A DNA stretch of 64,000 nt from Eledone cirrhosa (taxonomy: Eukaryota), in NCBI GenBank assembly GCA_964016885.1, contig CAXHJY010000522.1:62001-126000 (forward strand), given 5' to 3'. The notes beneath the pieces were generated by a model. The model searched no databases and was not told where the DNA came from. It saw only the letters and a list, made by a program, of their open reading frames with translations. This document shows, piece by piece, positions 13,732-27,032 of this stretch. How positions within the stretch are numbered: position 1 is the first letter of the stretch; every line of letters starts with the position of its first letter. The position numbers and the translations under genes are program-made.

Positions 13732-13800
13732 ACATACATCACAGCTGATAGGAGAAAGAATTCAAGTTATAAACAACAGTGCATTATTAACCATTATTAA

Positions 13801-14042
13801 CCCTTTCATCATCATATTTTTAATGAAAGACGGTCTAAACTTTTATAATAATTTTGGCAAAAATCCAGAAATTAAAGGGTAATATACCAAACATTCCAAT
13901 TATTAAGTTGGTATTTGGAACATAACACAGGTTCTTACATAAAATTGTGATGGAAGGGTTTTATATGAATATAAACACTTTAAAATAAACAGTTTTGTAT
14001 TTTGGAACCAGGAGTGGTTTCAGACTCTGGTATCAAAAGATT
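13801..14042. mobile_element. piggyBac-type MITE (~240 bp family)
   Basis: TTAA|CCCTTTCAT... at the left end and GGTATCAAAAG(A)TTTAA at the right. Related copies lie at about 16871-17130, 25520-25746, 26007-26222 and 61451-61672. Confidence 0.6.
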
Positions 14043-15602
14043 TAAAAACTATTGTATTGCCTATCCAGACAACTTTTATTTTTGTCAACATTATGCTTGC
14101 ATGAGTTTAATAGTACATGATGGATAAGGAAATGGGCATTGAAAAGAAAAAAAGAAGCCTAAAAGTGACAAAGATGTTATCATGAAACAATATCTGGAGA
14201 CATAGGGAAAGATGGAACAAATGGAAAAAACAAAGAGGTAATAATTTTAGAATTTAAACATGAAGAAAGGCAATTGAAATAAGAAATGTGAATATGGTAT
14301 GAAATCTAAGTAAAGTTATCAACAAACTTGAAGAAAACACAAGTAAAACTTCAAGTATGATAATTTCAGTTGTTCTAAGACTTGATACCTATTTTCTTTA
14401 ATATCAGACCACTTCTCATAAGTTTAAAACCTGAATATTGATTTTATTTGCCATTATTGCTAGATTGCCCACTATCCTGCCTAAACACCAGAAAGCTTAT
14501 GAAACAGTGAATGTGTTAAAGTTGTTTACACTTGAAGAAACTGTAAAGAGAACATCAAATCTTAAATGAAACCCAGAAGATCTGGAAGAAAGTTTAGTTG
14601 AAGTATTCGTGTAATTTTTTTAACTGTTTATAACTGATATTACTTCCTGTATTGGTGTCAAAACAAGACATGATAGAATTACAGTTTTATTACTAATAAT
14701 TGGCAATTTTTGGAGTCTTATTTTTCAAATGTAGAAAATACCTTCCACTCTAATTTTCAGGATTAGAAAGGGTTTAAAATGAACTAGGAAGTATTAAGGG
14801 TCAAAGCAGATAAACAAATTTGTCATAAACTTCTCCATAAAATAGCCATTTCTTGTATCATGCTAAATCTAAAAAAAATCTATCTTTAAAATTGTAATTT
14901 ACAGTATGCATGGTTATTAGAGCAAAGGGTTAAATGTCTAGGTATTTGTTCTGGCTTTCTGCACACTGACTTCAAATCCCTCCAAGATCAACTTTTCTTT
15001 TCATCCTTTTGTCTTCAATAAATAAAGTACCTGTCTGGAGGAGGTAGATTAAAAGAATATATTCTGGCTCTGTGCTTTCTGAGTCTCCCGTCACTGGAAA
15101 AGCAGTAACACTTCTGCCAGAAATTGTAACCTGTTGATAGCATCAGCAATAGAAAGACAAATGGAAGCATAGTTTTCTTTGTCCAATCAGACAATTGGCT
15201 CCATTCCTTTCCTTTTCCATTTTTTGGCAATGAAAGTAAAATCATTATGTGCTTTAATATTTATGTGCATTTAAAAATTTAGTGTACTTTTATAACATAT
15301 GGTAGAGACCCCACACTATCTTAACCAGGGCATAAAATTATAGAAATATTGTTAAAGAGAGTGCATATGAGGTTCTTACAACATTGAAGCCAGATGATAC
15401 CTAAATACATTGAAGTTACAACACTCTCCCTTAATAATACCAACAATTATTTTGAGGCAATGTAATATATACATTTTCACTTAGAATTGATTCATATTCT
15501 CTATAGTGTGCTGTTTAGATAAACTTGAATAAATTTATAAGAATCATGAAAAACAAGACAGAAACAATATAATAATAAAAAAAAAACAACAACCAATCTC
15601 AC

Positions 15603-15659
15603 CTCCCCCTGGCTGGTCATGGAGATGAACATTTTTCCAATGAACCACAAACATCTTGT
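15603..15659 (-). CDS. PLXDC2: PLXDC-like coding exon
   Basis: Acceptor actttttcAG, donor GTGAGA; 57 bp, phase 1 to 1. Translates (D)KMFVVHWKNVHLHDQPGG(D), with the motif VVxWxxVHLxD. Confidence 0.9.
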
Positions 15660-16492
15660 CTGAAAAAGTAACCAGATATAACAATATTAAGATTGGATGT
15701 TTACTACCAATTAAATAACTATTATAAAAATAAAATAAAGAGGTAAAAAAAATTAAGTGTGAGGGGTGATGTTCATAACATGAAATGTCACAGTTCAATA
15801 AGGAAGTAAAAACTAACATAAATAAATAATACTTATATGGCTGAAAACATTTTAAGAGTATTTTTATAGTAGATATAAATTGGTTGAGATGATATTGATA
15901 GATTATAAAACTGATTTGAGTAAACTGGTGGCAAATATACAAACAACAAAATGTTAAATTCAGTAATAGCTACTACAGCTTGACAACTTCATAAACAGGT
16001 GTTGACAATGACTCATTGAGCAACATCATGACTGACATGACACACACACACACACACAGAGAAAAATACCTGAGTGTCCCTAAGGAAATGTCAAATCATG
16101 TCAGAATGATTGCTGGGAGGAGATGAATCTTAATAAATAAACAACCATGAATTCAAGATATGAAAAGAATAACAGCTAGTTACAGGTAGTACTAAAAGTA
16201 GAACACTGAATATGATGCACATGCCCAAATTGTCAAGAGGAGGCAGTATTAGAATATATATATATATATATATATATATATTCTAGAGCATGAAACTAAT
16301 AAACCTTTGTTTGTACTGCCTCTCTGTTTTTGTTCCCGTTCCAGTTTTCACTATATATATATATAAGAAAAGGGATATTTAATTTGTTGGTAATTCAACA
16401 AATATATAACAGATTCGAAGTACTCAACAAGTTTTCTGGAGTATAAAATCAATGATATTAATAAATAGGAACTATATTTATAAAACCATATT

Positions 16493-16553
16493 TATTCTAT
16501 TATATATATTTCAAGGGTACCAAAACTTTGATATGCTCTCATCAGATAAAATA
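16493..16553 (-). ncRNA. Minimal type I hammerhead ribozyme motif (sense to the PLXDC pre-mRNA)
   Basis: UAUUUUAU-CUGAUGA-GAGCAUAUCAAAGUUUUGGUACCCUU-GAAA-UAUAUA-UA^-AUAGAAUA. Core intact, stem I 8 bp, stem III palindromic, stem II partly mismatched. Confidence 0.65.
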
Positions 16554-16656
16554 CAAAGTTTGTTTTATAAATATTGACATTTCCAGGAATGAGACATTAA
16601 CGGTTCAAGTTAAGGTCTCATTTCTGTATATGTCAATATTTATAAAACAAACGCTG

Positions 16657-16717
16657 TATTTTATCTGATGAGGGTGTACCAAAGTTTTGGTACCCTTGAA
16701 ATATATATAATAGAATA
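16657..16717 (+). ncRNA. Minimal type I hammerhead ribozyme motif
   Basis: UAUUUUAU-CUGAUGA-GGGUGUACCAAAGUUUUGGUACCCUU-GAAA-UAUAUA-UA^-AUAGAAUA. Core intact, stem I 8 bp with one GU pair, long stem II, AUA cleavage triplet. Confidence 0.7.
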
Positions 16718-16809
16718 AATATGGTTTCATAAATATAGTATCCATTTATTAATATCATTAAGCAGGGAAAAGCGGACGTAAAATGATGATGATATGTATG
16801 TATGTATGT

Positions 16810-16846
<37 letters not shown>

Positions 16847-17499
16847 AATATATATATATATATATATATTAAACCTTTCATTACCATATTTCTAATGAAA
16901 GACATTACCTATGATTTTCAAATAATTTTGAAAATAATCAAAAATTTTGGAAGGATTTAATAATATAACTAACTTTCTTACTACTAAGCTGGTATTTGGA
17001 ATGTAACTTAAAGATTCTTACATAATATTATAATGGAAGCTTTTTTTTTAGATAAATATAAACGCTTTAAACTATAGTTTTGTATCATAGAAGCAAGAAT
17101 GGTATCATACAGGTTGTTATCCAAAGTGTCAAAGGTCATGTTAGAGCAGTGATTCCATAATCAAATATCTAACACATTTAGAAATATTTGATTCTAATTA
17201 GTTCTTTTAATAGCAAACTGCCTGAAACTGCTCTTGTTTATAGACAGTGCTTTTATTAGAAATATTGCAATAAAAAGGTTAAAGAAACCATTTTTTTTAA
17301 ATTAAAAAAATCTAATTTTCAGTAACTCAGTAGGCAGAGTAATCCTAATATTTCTTTGCCTGTGTGTGGGTATGAGAGGCACATATGTGACATTTCAGAT
17401 GAAATAGGTGCAGCAACATTGAACAACAGTCAGTAAATGGAGACACAGATTACCTCTAAGGGGCTACGAATGGATCACACATGTGACAATTCAGACAAT

Positions 17500-18190
17500 A
17501 CAGATGTAGCAACACTGACCAACAGTTAGTACATGGAGCTACAGTAAACTAGTGTGGGGGAGTGGATGGATGGCACATGTATAACATTTCAGACAATATA
17601 GAAGAAAGAATTGAGTATCATAGTTAGTACATCAAACTACAGTTTACCTCTGTAGCAGATTGGATGCAGTTAGTAGATGGAGCCACAGTTTACCCCTGTG
17701 GGGGAGTAAGTAGCACAGCTAGTACATGGAACTGCAGCTTACCTCTGTAGTAGATTGGATATACAGTTAGTATATGGAGTTATAGTTTACATGTGAGGGA
17801 GTGAGTGGAACAAACAGTATATGGAATTACAATTTACCTGGGGGGGGGGGGGGTAAGTGGCACAGTTAATAAATGGAGTTACAGTTTACCTCTATGTGGA
17901 GTGAGTGGCACAATCAGTGCATGGAGTTACAATTTATATCTGTGGAGGAATGAGTGGCACAGTTAGTATATGAAGTCACAGTTTACCTCTGTGAGGGTGT
18001 AAGTGGTACAGTCAGAACATGGAACTACAGTTTACCTCTATGGAGGAGTGAGTGACACAGTTAGTATATGGAGCTACTGTTAACCTCTGAGGGTGATTAG
18101 ATGGATGGCACATATGTGACATTTAGGGCAAACAGAAGTATCATCACTGGTCATCAATTAGTACATGGAACTACAATTTACCTTGGAGGA
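17500..18190. repeat. Minisatellite, ~44-45 bp unit
   Basis: Repeated CACAGTTAGTAYATGGARYTACAGTTTACCTCTGTGG..GAGTGAGTGG units, roughly 14-15 diverged copies. Confidence 0.85.
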
Positions 18191-19759
18191 GATGTGATTG
18201 ATATTTTGAGACTGATTTTTGCCTGGTTAGGTAATCCTCACATTTATCAAGGAATTTCTCTCACCCAGGTCTCCCTGGGACAGAAACCCAGTGCAGTTGT
18301 TGCCAAAAGTGTCAGCAATGTTAAATAAGAATCTTAATGGTGCCTCTCTCAAAGGATTCATGGTTGACCATTGAATCTCATGTAGACAGGTGTCATTTTT
18401 CTGGCCTATCAGTGTCCCACCACCCATGTAGACAGATGTTGCACTTTTGCCCATACTCCCTCCACACGACCTGGATGAGACCCAACAGTGAGATTGTCAT
18501 TTTAGCCACAGACTATCCAACCATGAAGATACGAAAGAAATGGAAAAAAGAAAAAGATATGATTTCCTATGAAAATCAATGTTTGCTGGATCAAAGCAGC
18601 TGGCATCTAACCTCAGTTCAGTACTGATTCAGAAGGTCTAGGATCAAAGACATTCTAGCTGTAACCATCAAGTCTTTTTCTATATTCATGACTACAATTT
18701 CTATTGTCTTCCTTTTGAGATGGTAGGCTGTGAGTTTAGTGAGACTTGTTTACTATTTCTAGCAGATTCATCAATCGCTGAGAAAGCCTGCCGCAAAGGT
18801 CTTGCTCCAACCCAAACAAGGATGGAAATGCAGCCCTAAAAGCACTGATGATGATGAAATAATCATCCAACATATGTTGATACATCATCATTACTTAATG
18901 TTCAATTTTCCATGCTAGCATGGGTTGGACAAATCATCACAGACCAAATCAGTCCTGAAGTTGAAAATGTTAGACTTCACTTAGATATATCTCTGGGGTA
19001 GTAAACATGTCTCCACATGAACATTTTTACACATGATTATATAACCCAAAGTTAATGACAGAATAAGTTCAACCATCATGGCATAACTACTTCAACTGTA
19101 ATAAAAAAACTAATTAATTATGGAATAGTTGTGGGTCTCAGAGTTCTCAGCTTAATTCCAGAAATGTCAAAACAATATATCACATCAACATTTTAATTTC
19201 CAGTTTTCCATACTCACACAGGTGAACTCAGATTGTAAAGAGCCAGAACAAATACACGTATACAGCCAGAATAGATAGTATCAGTCTATAAAAATTATCC
19301 AATGCTTAGTTAATTCCAGTCATCAACCACCCTGAACTAGTACATGATTTTAACAAATCCAGAAGATTGAAGTATAAAGGTAACCTGGGCAGGATTTGAA
19401 CTCAATGTAAAAAAGATAAAACAATATATACAGCAAAGTATTTTTTCAAACATTCTAATGATTAGCATTTTAGAAAAAAATATTGTTTCAATTAGTTATA
19501 TTTTCTGTGGGGTGTATCATCTCCGAGCCTGACTTCTGACCACTTCTCCTTCAAGTCTTTCATGATCTTTGTACATAGGTACCCTCTAATAACAGCCCAC
19601 AGAACATTTTCACTCATCCCACAACTATTTGGATCACAGAATCAAAACCTGTATGGTCATCATTTCTGCCTACTACAACTTTCACCATTCCTCCACAGCC
19701 TTTGCAAAGCGTCTGCAATCATTGTTCAAGTCTCATTACCATCTATTATATTAAAGAAC

Positions 19760-19946
19760 ATGGTCGGTGGATTGGCAGTATCGGTAGAGGGTCGGACGCC
19801 ATGCTTTCTAGCATAGTTACGTCCCTTTACGATCTGAGTTCAAATCCCGCCGAGGTTGACTTTGCCTTTCATCCTTACGGGGTCGATAAAATAAAGTACC
19901 AGTAATGCACTGGGTAATTGCTGGCCTTGTGCCTAAAGTAGAAACA
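19760..19946 (+). mobile_element. SINE family 1 copy
   Basis: 15 bp TSD ATTATATTAAAGAAC at 19745-19759 and 19947-19961; A/B boxes. Confidence 0.88.
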
Positions 19947-20028
19947 ATTATATTAAAGAACTAATAATACATTACATGTGATGCAAATTGTCTGTTGTGT
20001 CATGAAAAGAATATGGTAAAAACAAGTG

Positions 20029-20067
<39 letters not shown>

Positions 20068-23000
20068 AGTGGTGACGGTGGCAGTAGCAAATGCCAAATT
20101 AAAAAAAAATTGAATTCCACATCTTTATGGTTAGAGGATGGTAAGAGTGTGAGAAAAGAGAGAGAGGTAGTTGTGGTGTAGAAATAATTTTTTAAAACTT
20201 ATACTATATGAACAATATTGCTTATCTTCAAATTATGAGTAAAATATTTCATTTTTGTAGTTGTAGTCATTTGCTAAATTTATTTGATATATTTATAATT
20301 AAGTACTATATCCACATAAATAAAACACTTAAAATACTTCATGGTTGTTTCTAAGTAGACCGTGGAATTTCCATAGTGTCAGGCCGTTATAGTGCACCTG
20401 AGCACTTTACACAATAATTTCATTATTATTATTATTATTATTATATCATCTGCTTTCTCCACATAGAAAGCTTTTGTAATTAACAAGGTCAATAAATTAT
20501 TGAAGATTTCCTTCAGATTCCTTTCCATTCAATGAGCTCCAGCCATAATTACTTTAAGTAACTGAATTTATCATCCATATCTAACCAGCTACCTAAGTAG
20601 CTTATGGTTCACAATATGAGGATTCCTACTGTTAAAAACACCTGTTTCTTATAAGCCCCTGTCAGCCAATGCCTCTTCCCTTTACACTCATTGTTTGCAG
20701 TGAGTAAAGTGTATAAACTTTCTACCTAAAACCTAACTATCAAGCAAAACCACTTCTCAAATTGTACTGAGGTATTGTGTTCTCCCTCACTAACTATGAT
20801 TTTATAAAGTTAGAATCTAGGCCATGTTTAATTCTGATATATGTAAACATTTATACTTATATTCTCTTTTTCTGGTTTCAGTCATCAGACTGTAGCCATG
20901 CTGGGGCACTACATTCAAGGTATTTTAGTCAATTATATTCCCCCACTGTACTTATTTTTCATGTCTACTACTTATTTTATCAATCTCTCTTTGTTGAAGT
21001 GTTATGGGATCTAATAACTATCATCATCATTATGCAAGGGTTTCATGTGTTGAGACAGGCCAAATTAGTACTTAATTAGAATCAGTGATCTCTGAAATGG
21101 GTCAGGGTCACCTCTCACTTATATATGTTCTTGCACTCTTGAGTGTCCCATAAATTTTAACATGGTACCAGCATTAGGGACATTGTCATGTTTTTAACAC
21201 AACTGAAAAGTCCTATCAACCCTTTTTTGGTTTGTTTTCTTTCCTACCTGGATGTCTTTCCTATATCTAATCACTTTACAGGATGTACTGAGCATAATTT
21301 TCCTGGTAACAGCACTGGAAAGGTTGTCATGCTATAACTGAAGAGTCCTCTCAGCTCAATTTTGGCATGGTTTCTACCAACAGTAAATATAAACATGGGC
21401 ACAGATACACACATGCATACATACATTTGATGGGCTTCCACACTTTGTATCTACAACACTTCTCTCACAAGGCATTGGTCAACCCAATAGTATATAATAC
21501 GGAACACTTAAGCTTCCACATAGTTGGACTGAACCTGAAACCATGAAATTGCAAAGCAAACTCCTTAACCACATAGTCAATAAATATATACCCTCCCACC
21601 ACCAACACCACCAACAACAACAGTATTCGTCGGCACCATTCTCAAGTAACTAGAGGAGATTTGACCTCATTCAATTACCCTATCTCTCAGTCTAGAGGAT
21701 CTAAAAAAAAAAAAAAATGGCTATAATCACTGTCCTTTCATCTCAAACTAACTTCAAGAAAACAATCAGATTTGCACTTTTCATTACAACCTCAAAATGT
21801 CTACATTGTATTTAAAGACAATTAAGTTTAGACTTTAGACAACACCAATATCAGCTAAAATATATGATTAATAGAAGAAAGTTAAGCAGGCAATGATCTC
21901 TTCAGTTAATGAAGTGAAAAGATATTTCCAATATTCTTTATCTCTTAATACGCTCCAGAGAAAGATATTCAGAAAATTATATAGAGAAATGATTTATATA
22001 AATTATAAGATTTTTCTTGAGAGATTTGAAACTGAAAGCTGGGTCTAATTGGTAACAATTACCTTCGAATGTGAAATATGTTCACATTTAGCGTAAATAC
22101 TCTTAAGCTATCCTCATAAAATAGATGAACAGATACTTGGAGGTGCTAAAAGACAGGATCTTAACATGATAAGAAACATGATAGGAAATTGGAGTTTTAC
22201 AAACTCACTCTAGCAATATTCAAGAGAAACACAATACCATCGTTGTAATAATAGTTTCAAATTTAGTCACAAGGCAGCCAGCAATTTGGGGAGGAGAAAA
22301 GTCTATATCAACCACAGCACTTGATTGTCACATTATTTTATCAACTCCTGATTTTAACTCAGAATATAAAGAGCCAGAACATATAGTGCAGAGTATTTGT
22401 CCAATGCTCTAACAACTGAGACAATCAACTGCTGACTCGTGTAATAATGGCGTCTAACTTAGAGATACAGGCACAATCCCCGTGAGAGAATAGAATCGAT
22501 TATATCAACCAAAGTGCCTTAATTCATACTTATTTTGGATGAAAGGTAAAGATGGTTATGTAGGAATTTGAACTTGGAACATAACTAACTACCACATAGT
22601 AAGCACTGTACTGATTATTTCACAGAATAAATATCAATAACTTTACTGTACTCCACAAAAACATCCACCAATATTCTTTAACCCTTTCATTACCATTTTC
22701 CTAATGAAAACCATTGCATATGATATTCAAATCATTTTGAAATAAACAGAGACTTTAGGAAAATACAGAAAAGGATCAAGGTGACTGATTTTGTGTTTAC
22801 AGTGGTGAAACAAAAACAGAAATGAAAGTAGATCTGTTTCATTACAACAAATATTCCAATTGTAACTAATAAAACAAAGAAAAAATTAAATATAGCATTA
22901 GGAGAAATAAGTATAAAATAAATATAGTTACATCTAGCAGAAATAAATGTAAAAACCCCACAAGCCCCCAAAATAAAAAGACATGTTTATAAACCACATT

Positions 23001-23154
23001 GAATTAATATAGTCTGCCTGCTTTCTGAATTCAATTGTAACATTTTAATGGAATATCTTAATTTCCTTTTTATTGAATCACAATTTGACCTAAATTTTAA
23101 TCCAGATTTGTTTCAAGGTAAATTGTGGAGTCTGTTATATTTAGTAAAACAGAA

Positions 23155-23372
23155 TTCTTCTTCTTTTCTTACACTCACTTATTCCTGAGAGGGTCATGGG
23201 GGAAGAGTCTTCTTACATGCTTTCCCAGGGAGGGTCCCACCAGAAGCAACCATCATCAAATAATCCAATGGAATCCCCAAGATCAACCAAGGTTATGGAT
23301 GTTATCCAACCATCTCTGGGTCTCCTGCTGGTTGGCTTTGCTCATCAACTTTGTCCTACGATTCTTTTCTTA
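23155..23372 (-). mobile_element. 3' fragment of a Rex3/Expander-like RTE LINE
   Basis: Homologous to 47562-47752 and 63895-64000; (GAA)n tail on the minus strand. Confidence 0.7.
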
Positions 23373-23661
23373 GACAGTCTAACCATGTGCTTATAGTACT
23401 ATAGCTGTGATATTTTGATGTGGAGATGTAGCGGCTCTACCTGGAGCGACTCCCCATTCTCTGAGCTATGTAGAAGAGTCAATATATGAAACTTAAAAAT
23501 ATAATTAGAAAACATTCATTCTTCTTTTCAAGTTGTACCTGTCAGTCAAGTGACTTGATTTTAGACTGTGTTTAAACTGAAGCAATTACATCATAGAAAA
23601 GTCATTTTAGCCAGTTATACTTGTCTCAGAAAAAAAACTTAATTTCAGATCATGTGTTTAA

Positions 23662-24931
23662 CCCTTTAGCATTCGCATTAATTTTCAAATGTCATGCTTA
23701 TCTGTTCACATTATTTTGAGGATTGGCAGTATCGGTAGAGGGTCGGACGCCATGCTTTGACGCATAGAGTTATGGCCCTTGCCATTCTGAGTTCAAATCC
23801 CGCCGAGGTTAACTTTGCGTTTCATCCTTATGGGGTCGATAAAATAAAGTACCAGTAATGCACTGGGTATTTGCTGGCCTTGTGCCAAAAAGTAGAAACA
23901 ATTATTTTGAGTTAATCATACTCAAGAGGGTTATCAATTTTATTTGTTTGTAATTTTCTTAATTTTCTATGTGCAGGCTTGAAATTTTGTCAGTAGATGT
24001 TTAAATATCAATAATTTACAATCATATAATTTTACCTGATCTTTTTGGTTAAATTTGACTTTTATGGGCAGGTGAAATTAATTAATAGGGGCATTTGAAG
24101 TATCAACCAGGTGCAAATACTGGTTTAATTTTAAATACGTTGTTTTTGGCATAATACTTGATATATAAGGATCACTAAACCTTATATCAGTGCTCCAGTA
24201 ATTCCACAGTCTTGGAAATTGTTTTATACCGAACATAATATTTACGGTAAAAAATGCTTGCATTTCCACAGCATATGTCGGTCGTCAAACAGATCCTCGA
24301 TTTGAAATCTGTTGTTGGGCATATCGATTAATCTCTTCTGCCACAACTTCGAAGAAAGTTTGTGGTAAAAACAAAAAGAAATAATCCAGTGCTTTAGCAT
24401 CGGGAGCTAATGTGTGTTGTGGACCAGTATTTTGAATAAAATCGGGAACATATATTGGTGTGGTATTTTTCAACCACGTTGCTGTAATATTTTCAATGGC
24501 GTCCTGGAGATCTCCTTCGTTTTCACTTACAAAACAACAATCATCGTCGGATGAAATTTCAGAAATGTAAACATCTGATTCATTTGAAGATAAATCACTA
24601 ATATCTTTTATTTCTTGTTCATTCTGAATATTGTCGTGTGTAAAACCTTCAAAGTCGGTATCGCTACTTTCACAAGCCATGTTGATTCACAAAAAATCTG
24701 TTCTACTTTCAACGTTAAAAAAACACGTGTTGTTTTAAGTTGTTTCACTATATTAAAGTGTTAATTTTTGCGGTAAGGGCCTAATCTCGCAGTAATCTCG
24801 AATTGACGAGATTTTGATGACGGTATTGTTTATTTTTAAAACGATATTTTAGTGTGGGTGTTATCGGCCGGTTTCAGGTGGTTTGAATAAATGAAGGAGA
24901 AATAATTGCGGCCAGTTTGAACACTAAAGGG
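23662..24931 (-). mobile_element. Internally deleted piggyBac DNA transposon with N-terminal transposase remnant
   Basis: TTAA TSDs at 23658-23661 and 24932-24935; termini CCCTTTAG..TTC. Same-frame ORFs 24285-24680 and 24078-24269 (acidic N-terminus, ALDYFFLF..E.NRYAQQ, EMQAF..IMFGI..LWNYWST..LHLVD) resemble the PGBD4/DDE_Tnp_1_7 N-terminus. There is an in-frame TGA and the DDD core is missing. Confidence 0.88.
23721..23900 (+). mobile_element. SINE family 1 copy nested in the piggyBac
   Basis: TSD ATTATTTTGAG on both sides. Confidence 0.85.
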
Positions 24932-25322
24932 TTAAACAGAAGCAATTCCACAGAGAAAGAGTCATTTTAATCATTCACAAAATCTATTAAATTCACTTTA
25001 CATTTATCAATTATTTTGTTGAGTGAAAATTTTCATTGAACCGCTTATAATCTACATGGACACATCACAGTTCCACTGCAGTTGCAATGGAATTGTGTAA
25101 CATAAAGAGTATCCCAAAACCTTTGACATCGAAAAATAAATGATAAATGCAAAGTGAATTGAACAGTTTTTAAATGGCTAAAATGATTCTTCCATTGTGT
25201 AATTATTTCATTCATTTTTTTGTTTTCCACAAAGCATTTCTTAGAGAAATTTAAATAGAAAAGAGAGAAAATGAGATCCAGAACAAAGTAAATATACAAA
25301 TTTATTCAATATTTCAGGACAA

Positions 25323-25444
25323 CGTGAGGCATTCATATTGAAAGGACCAGTCCTTTTCCTATTCCCATCACTAAAGTGAAGGACTGTCAAGCCTAGTTGG
25401 TACTTAGATGGGTGACTGTTTGGGAAAACATGGTGTTGTAAACA
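25323..25444 (+). pseudogene. Degenerate 5S rRNA-derived sequence (pseudogene or SINE3 head)
   Basis: AAGTGAAGGACTGTCAAGCCTAGTTGGTACTTAGATGGGTGACTGTTTGGGAAAACATGGTGTTGTA aligns to the 5S internal control region (AAGTTAAGC..GGTTAGTACTTGGATGGGTGACCGCCTGGGAATACCGGGTGCTGTA) with many transitions. Confidence 0.75.
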
Positions 25445-27032
25445 CCTTCACATCAGCTCTTTGCATTCTGTGTTCAAATCCTGCTGTGATCTACTTCAGT
25501 GGTATGCATAATCCATCACCCTGACGTGACCATATTTCTAATAAAATACACCCTATTTAAATTATATAATGAAGAATTTTGAGAGATTTACTAAAATCAT
25601 AATACTAGGATAGCAACTTAACATATGGTTCTTATATAGAATTATGTTGGAAAATTCCAATATAAATAGGAATCCTTTAAAATGGAGTGGGAGGGGTGGG
25701 CATAAACCAGGGATGGTTTTGGATGGCTTAGTATTAAAAGGGTTAACACCACCATCTGACAATCTACTCAATTGTAAACATTTGGTTTGAGTATACCTTA
25801 CTCCATTCTCTGACTAAGCAATAAAAAAAAATAAGCCTTATTCATTTCTCTGTGATAAAATGAATAAAACAGTTATTTGGTCATTTTAAACAATTGCATA
25901 TTGTTAGAAAAAATTGTATTGCAGTTGTACATCCTGCTGATAACATTTCAAATATAAGAGTGTGTGAGTTCTCAGTCAACCTGTTAGGGATAGAAGCCAA
26001 ATTTCTTAACTCTTTTAATACTAAGCCATATAAAACCACCCTTGATTCTACAATATGAAATGCTTTGTTTTTAAGTGTTTATATTTAAAAACCTTCCATT
26101 ATAATTTTATATAAGAGTATGTATATTCCAAACACAGTTATGTTACTAAATCCACCCAATTTTCTTTTTATTATTTTCGAAATTTATATAGGTAGTCTCT
26201 TTCATTAGAAATATGGTCACAACTTTAAAAAATATATACAACAAAATGACGTCCCAAATACATTGAAAAGACAGGATGGCCGTATCTTGATCAGGGCTGA
26301 CCTGAGGTTACAAAACAATTGTTTTCTATATATGTTGTATTGTGGCCCTGATGCCTGCTTATAGCTTATAGCATATTCATAAACATCTTACATTCTATTA
26401 CATATTTCAAAAGTAAAAGATTTTGTCTTCAAGACTTTTTCAGAATTATAGTACAACCCAATTTTGTGTGTAACTCCATAGGTTGTGAACCTATGAGTCA
26501 TCTACCATGAACAAATACCAGAGGTTTTGGAAGTGTTCTCAGCCATAGACTAGCATCCTAGCCAAGGAAAATCTTTCTCATAAGATTAATGCTTAAAACT
26601 GGGCATGAATAGCAGATCCTTATGTCTTTTTCGGGACTTTTGAAACACAAGTTATATAAGGGATAGAGCTGGGATAATCTAGTCTGTAACTTAGTTTTCA
26701 TTGTAAACTTTATATTTCATTTTCACAGAGAAAAGTTGGAAGGTAAAGTATCTGCAGTTACTATTGAAGGTCGGCAAGGACCACAGAATTGAAGTATATT
26801 CTACACACTTTTGTTCCTTGCCTAGGTCTTTCCCTATTTGAGAAAAGACATTAGCAGTAGTTGACTTTTAACAAAATCATTATCGTAAAATGTAACTCTT
26901 AGCATCAAGTCAAATTTTATGCTAAGATTATGACCACAACTCCCTGACCAGAAGGCCATATACTTACAAAGCAAAAACATAATTCATACAATATTTTTAG
27001 TACTAAACAGGTCATTGTGAAAATTTTCAGTA

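Larger units (their letters stand above)
16451..16759. repeat. ~310 bp imperfect palindrome with 130 bp arms, each containing a hammerhead motif; probably a Penelope-like terminal repeat
   Basis: Left arm 16451-16580 is the near-exact reverse complement of 16630-16759. An extra AATGAGAC/GTCTCATT stem lies in the spacer. Confidence 0.9.

Noticed and set aside
17500-18190. Regular repeats resembling a CRISPR array
   Set aside because: Contiguous diverged tandem units without unique spacers, in a eukaryotic context with no cas genes.
24078-24680. Domesticated PGBD-like gene
   Set aside because: In-frame stop, missing catalytic DDD domain, and still bounded by TIRs and TTAA TSDs.
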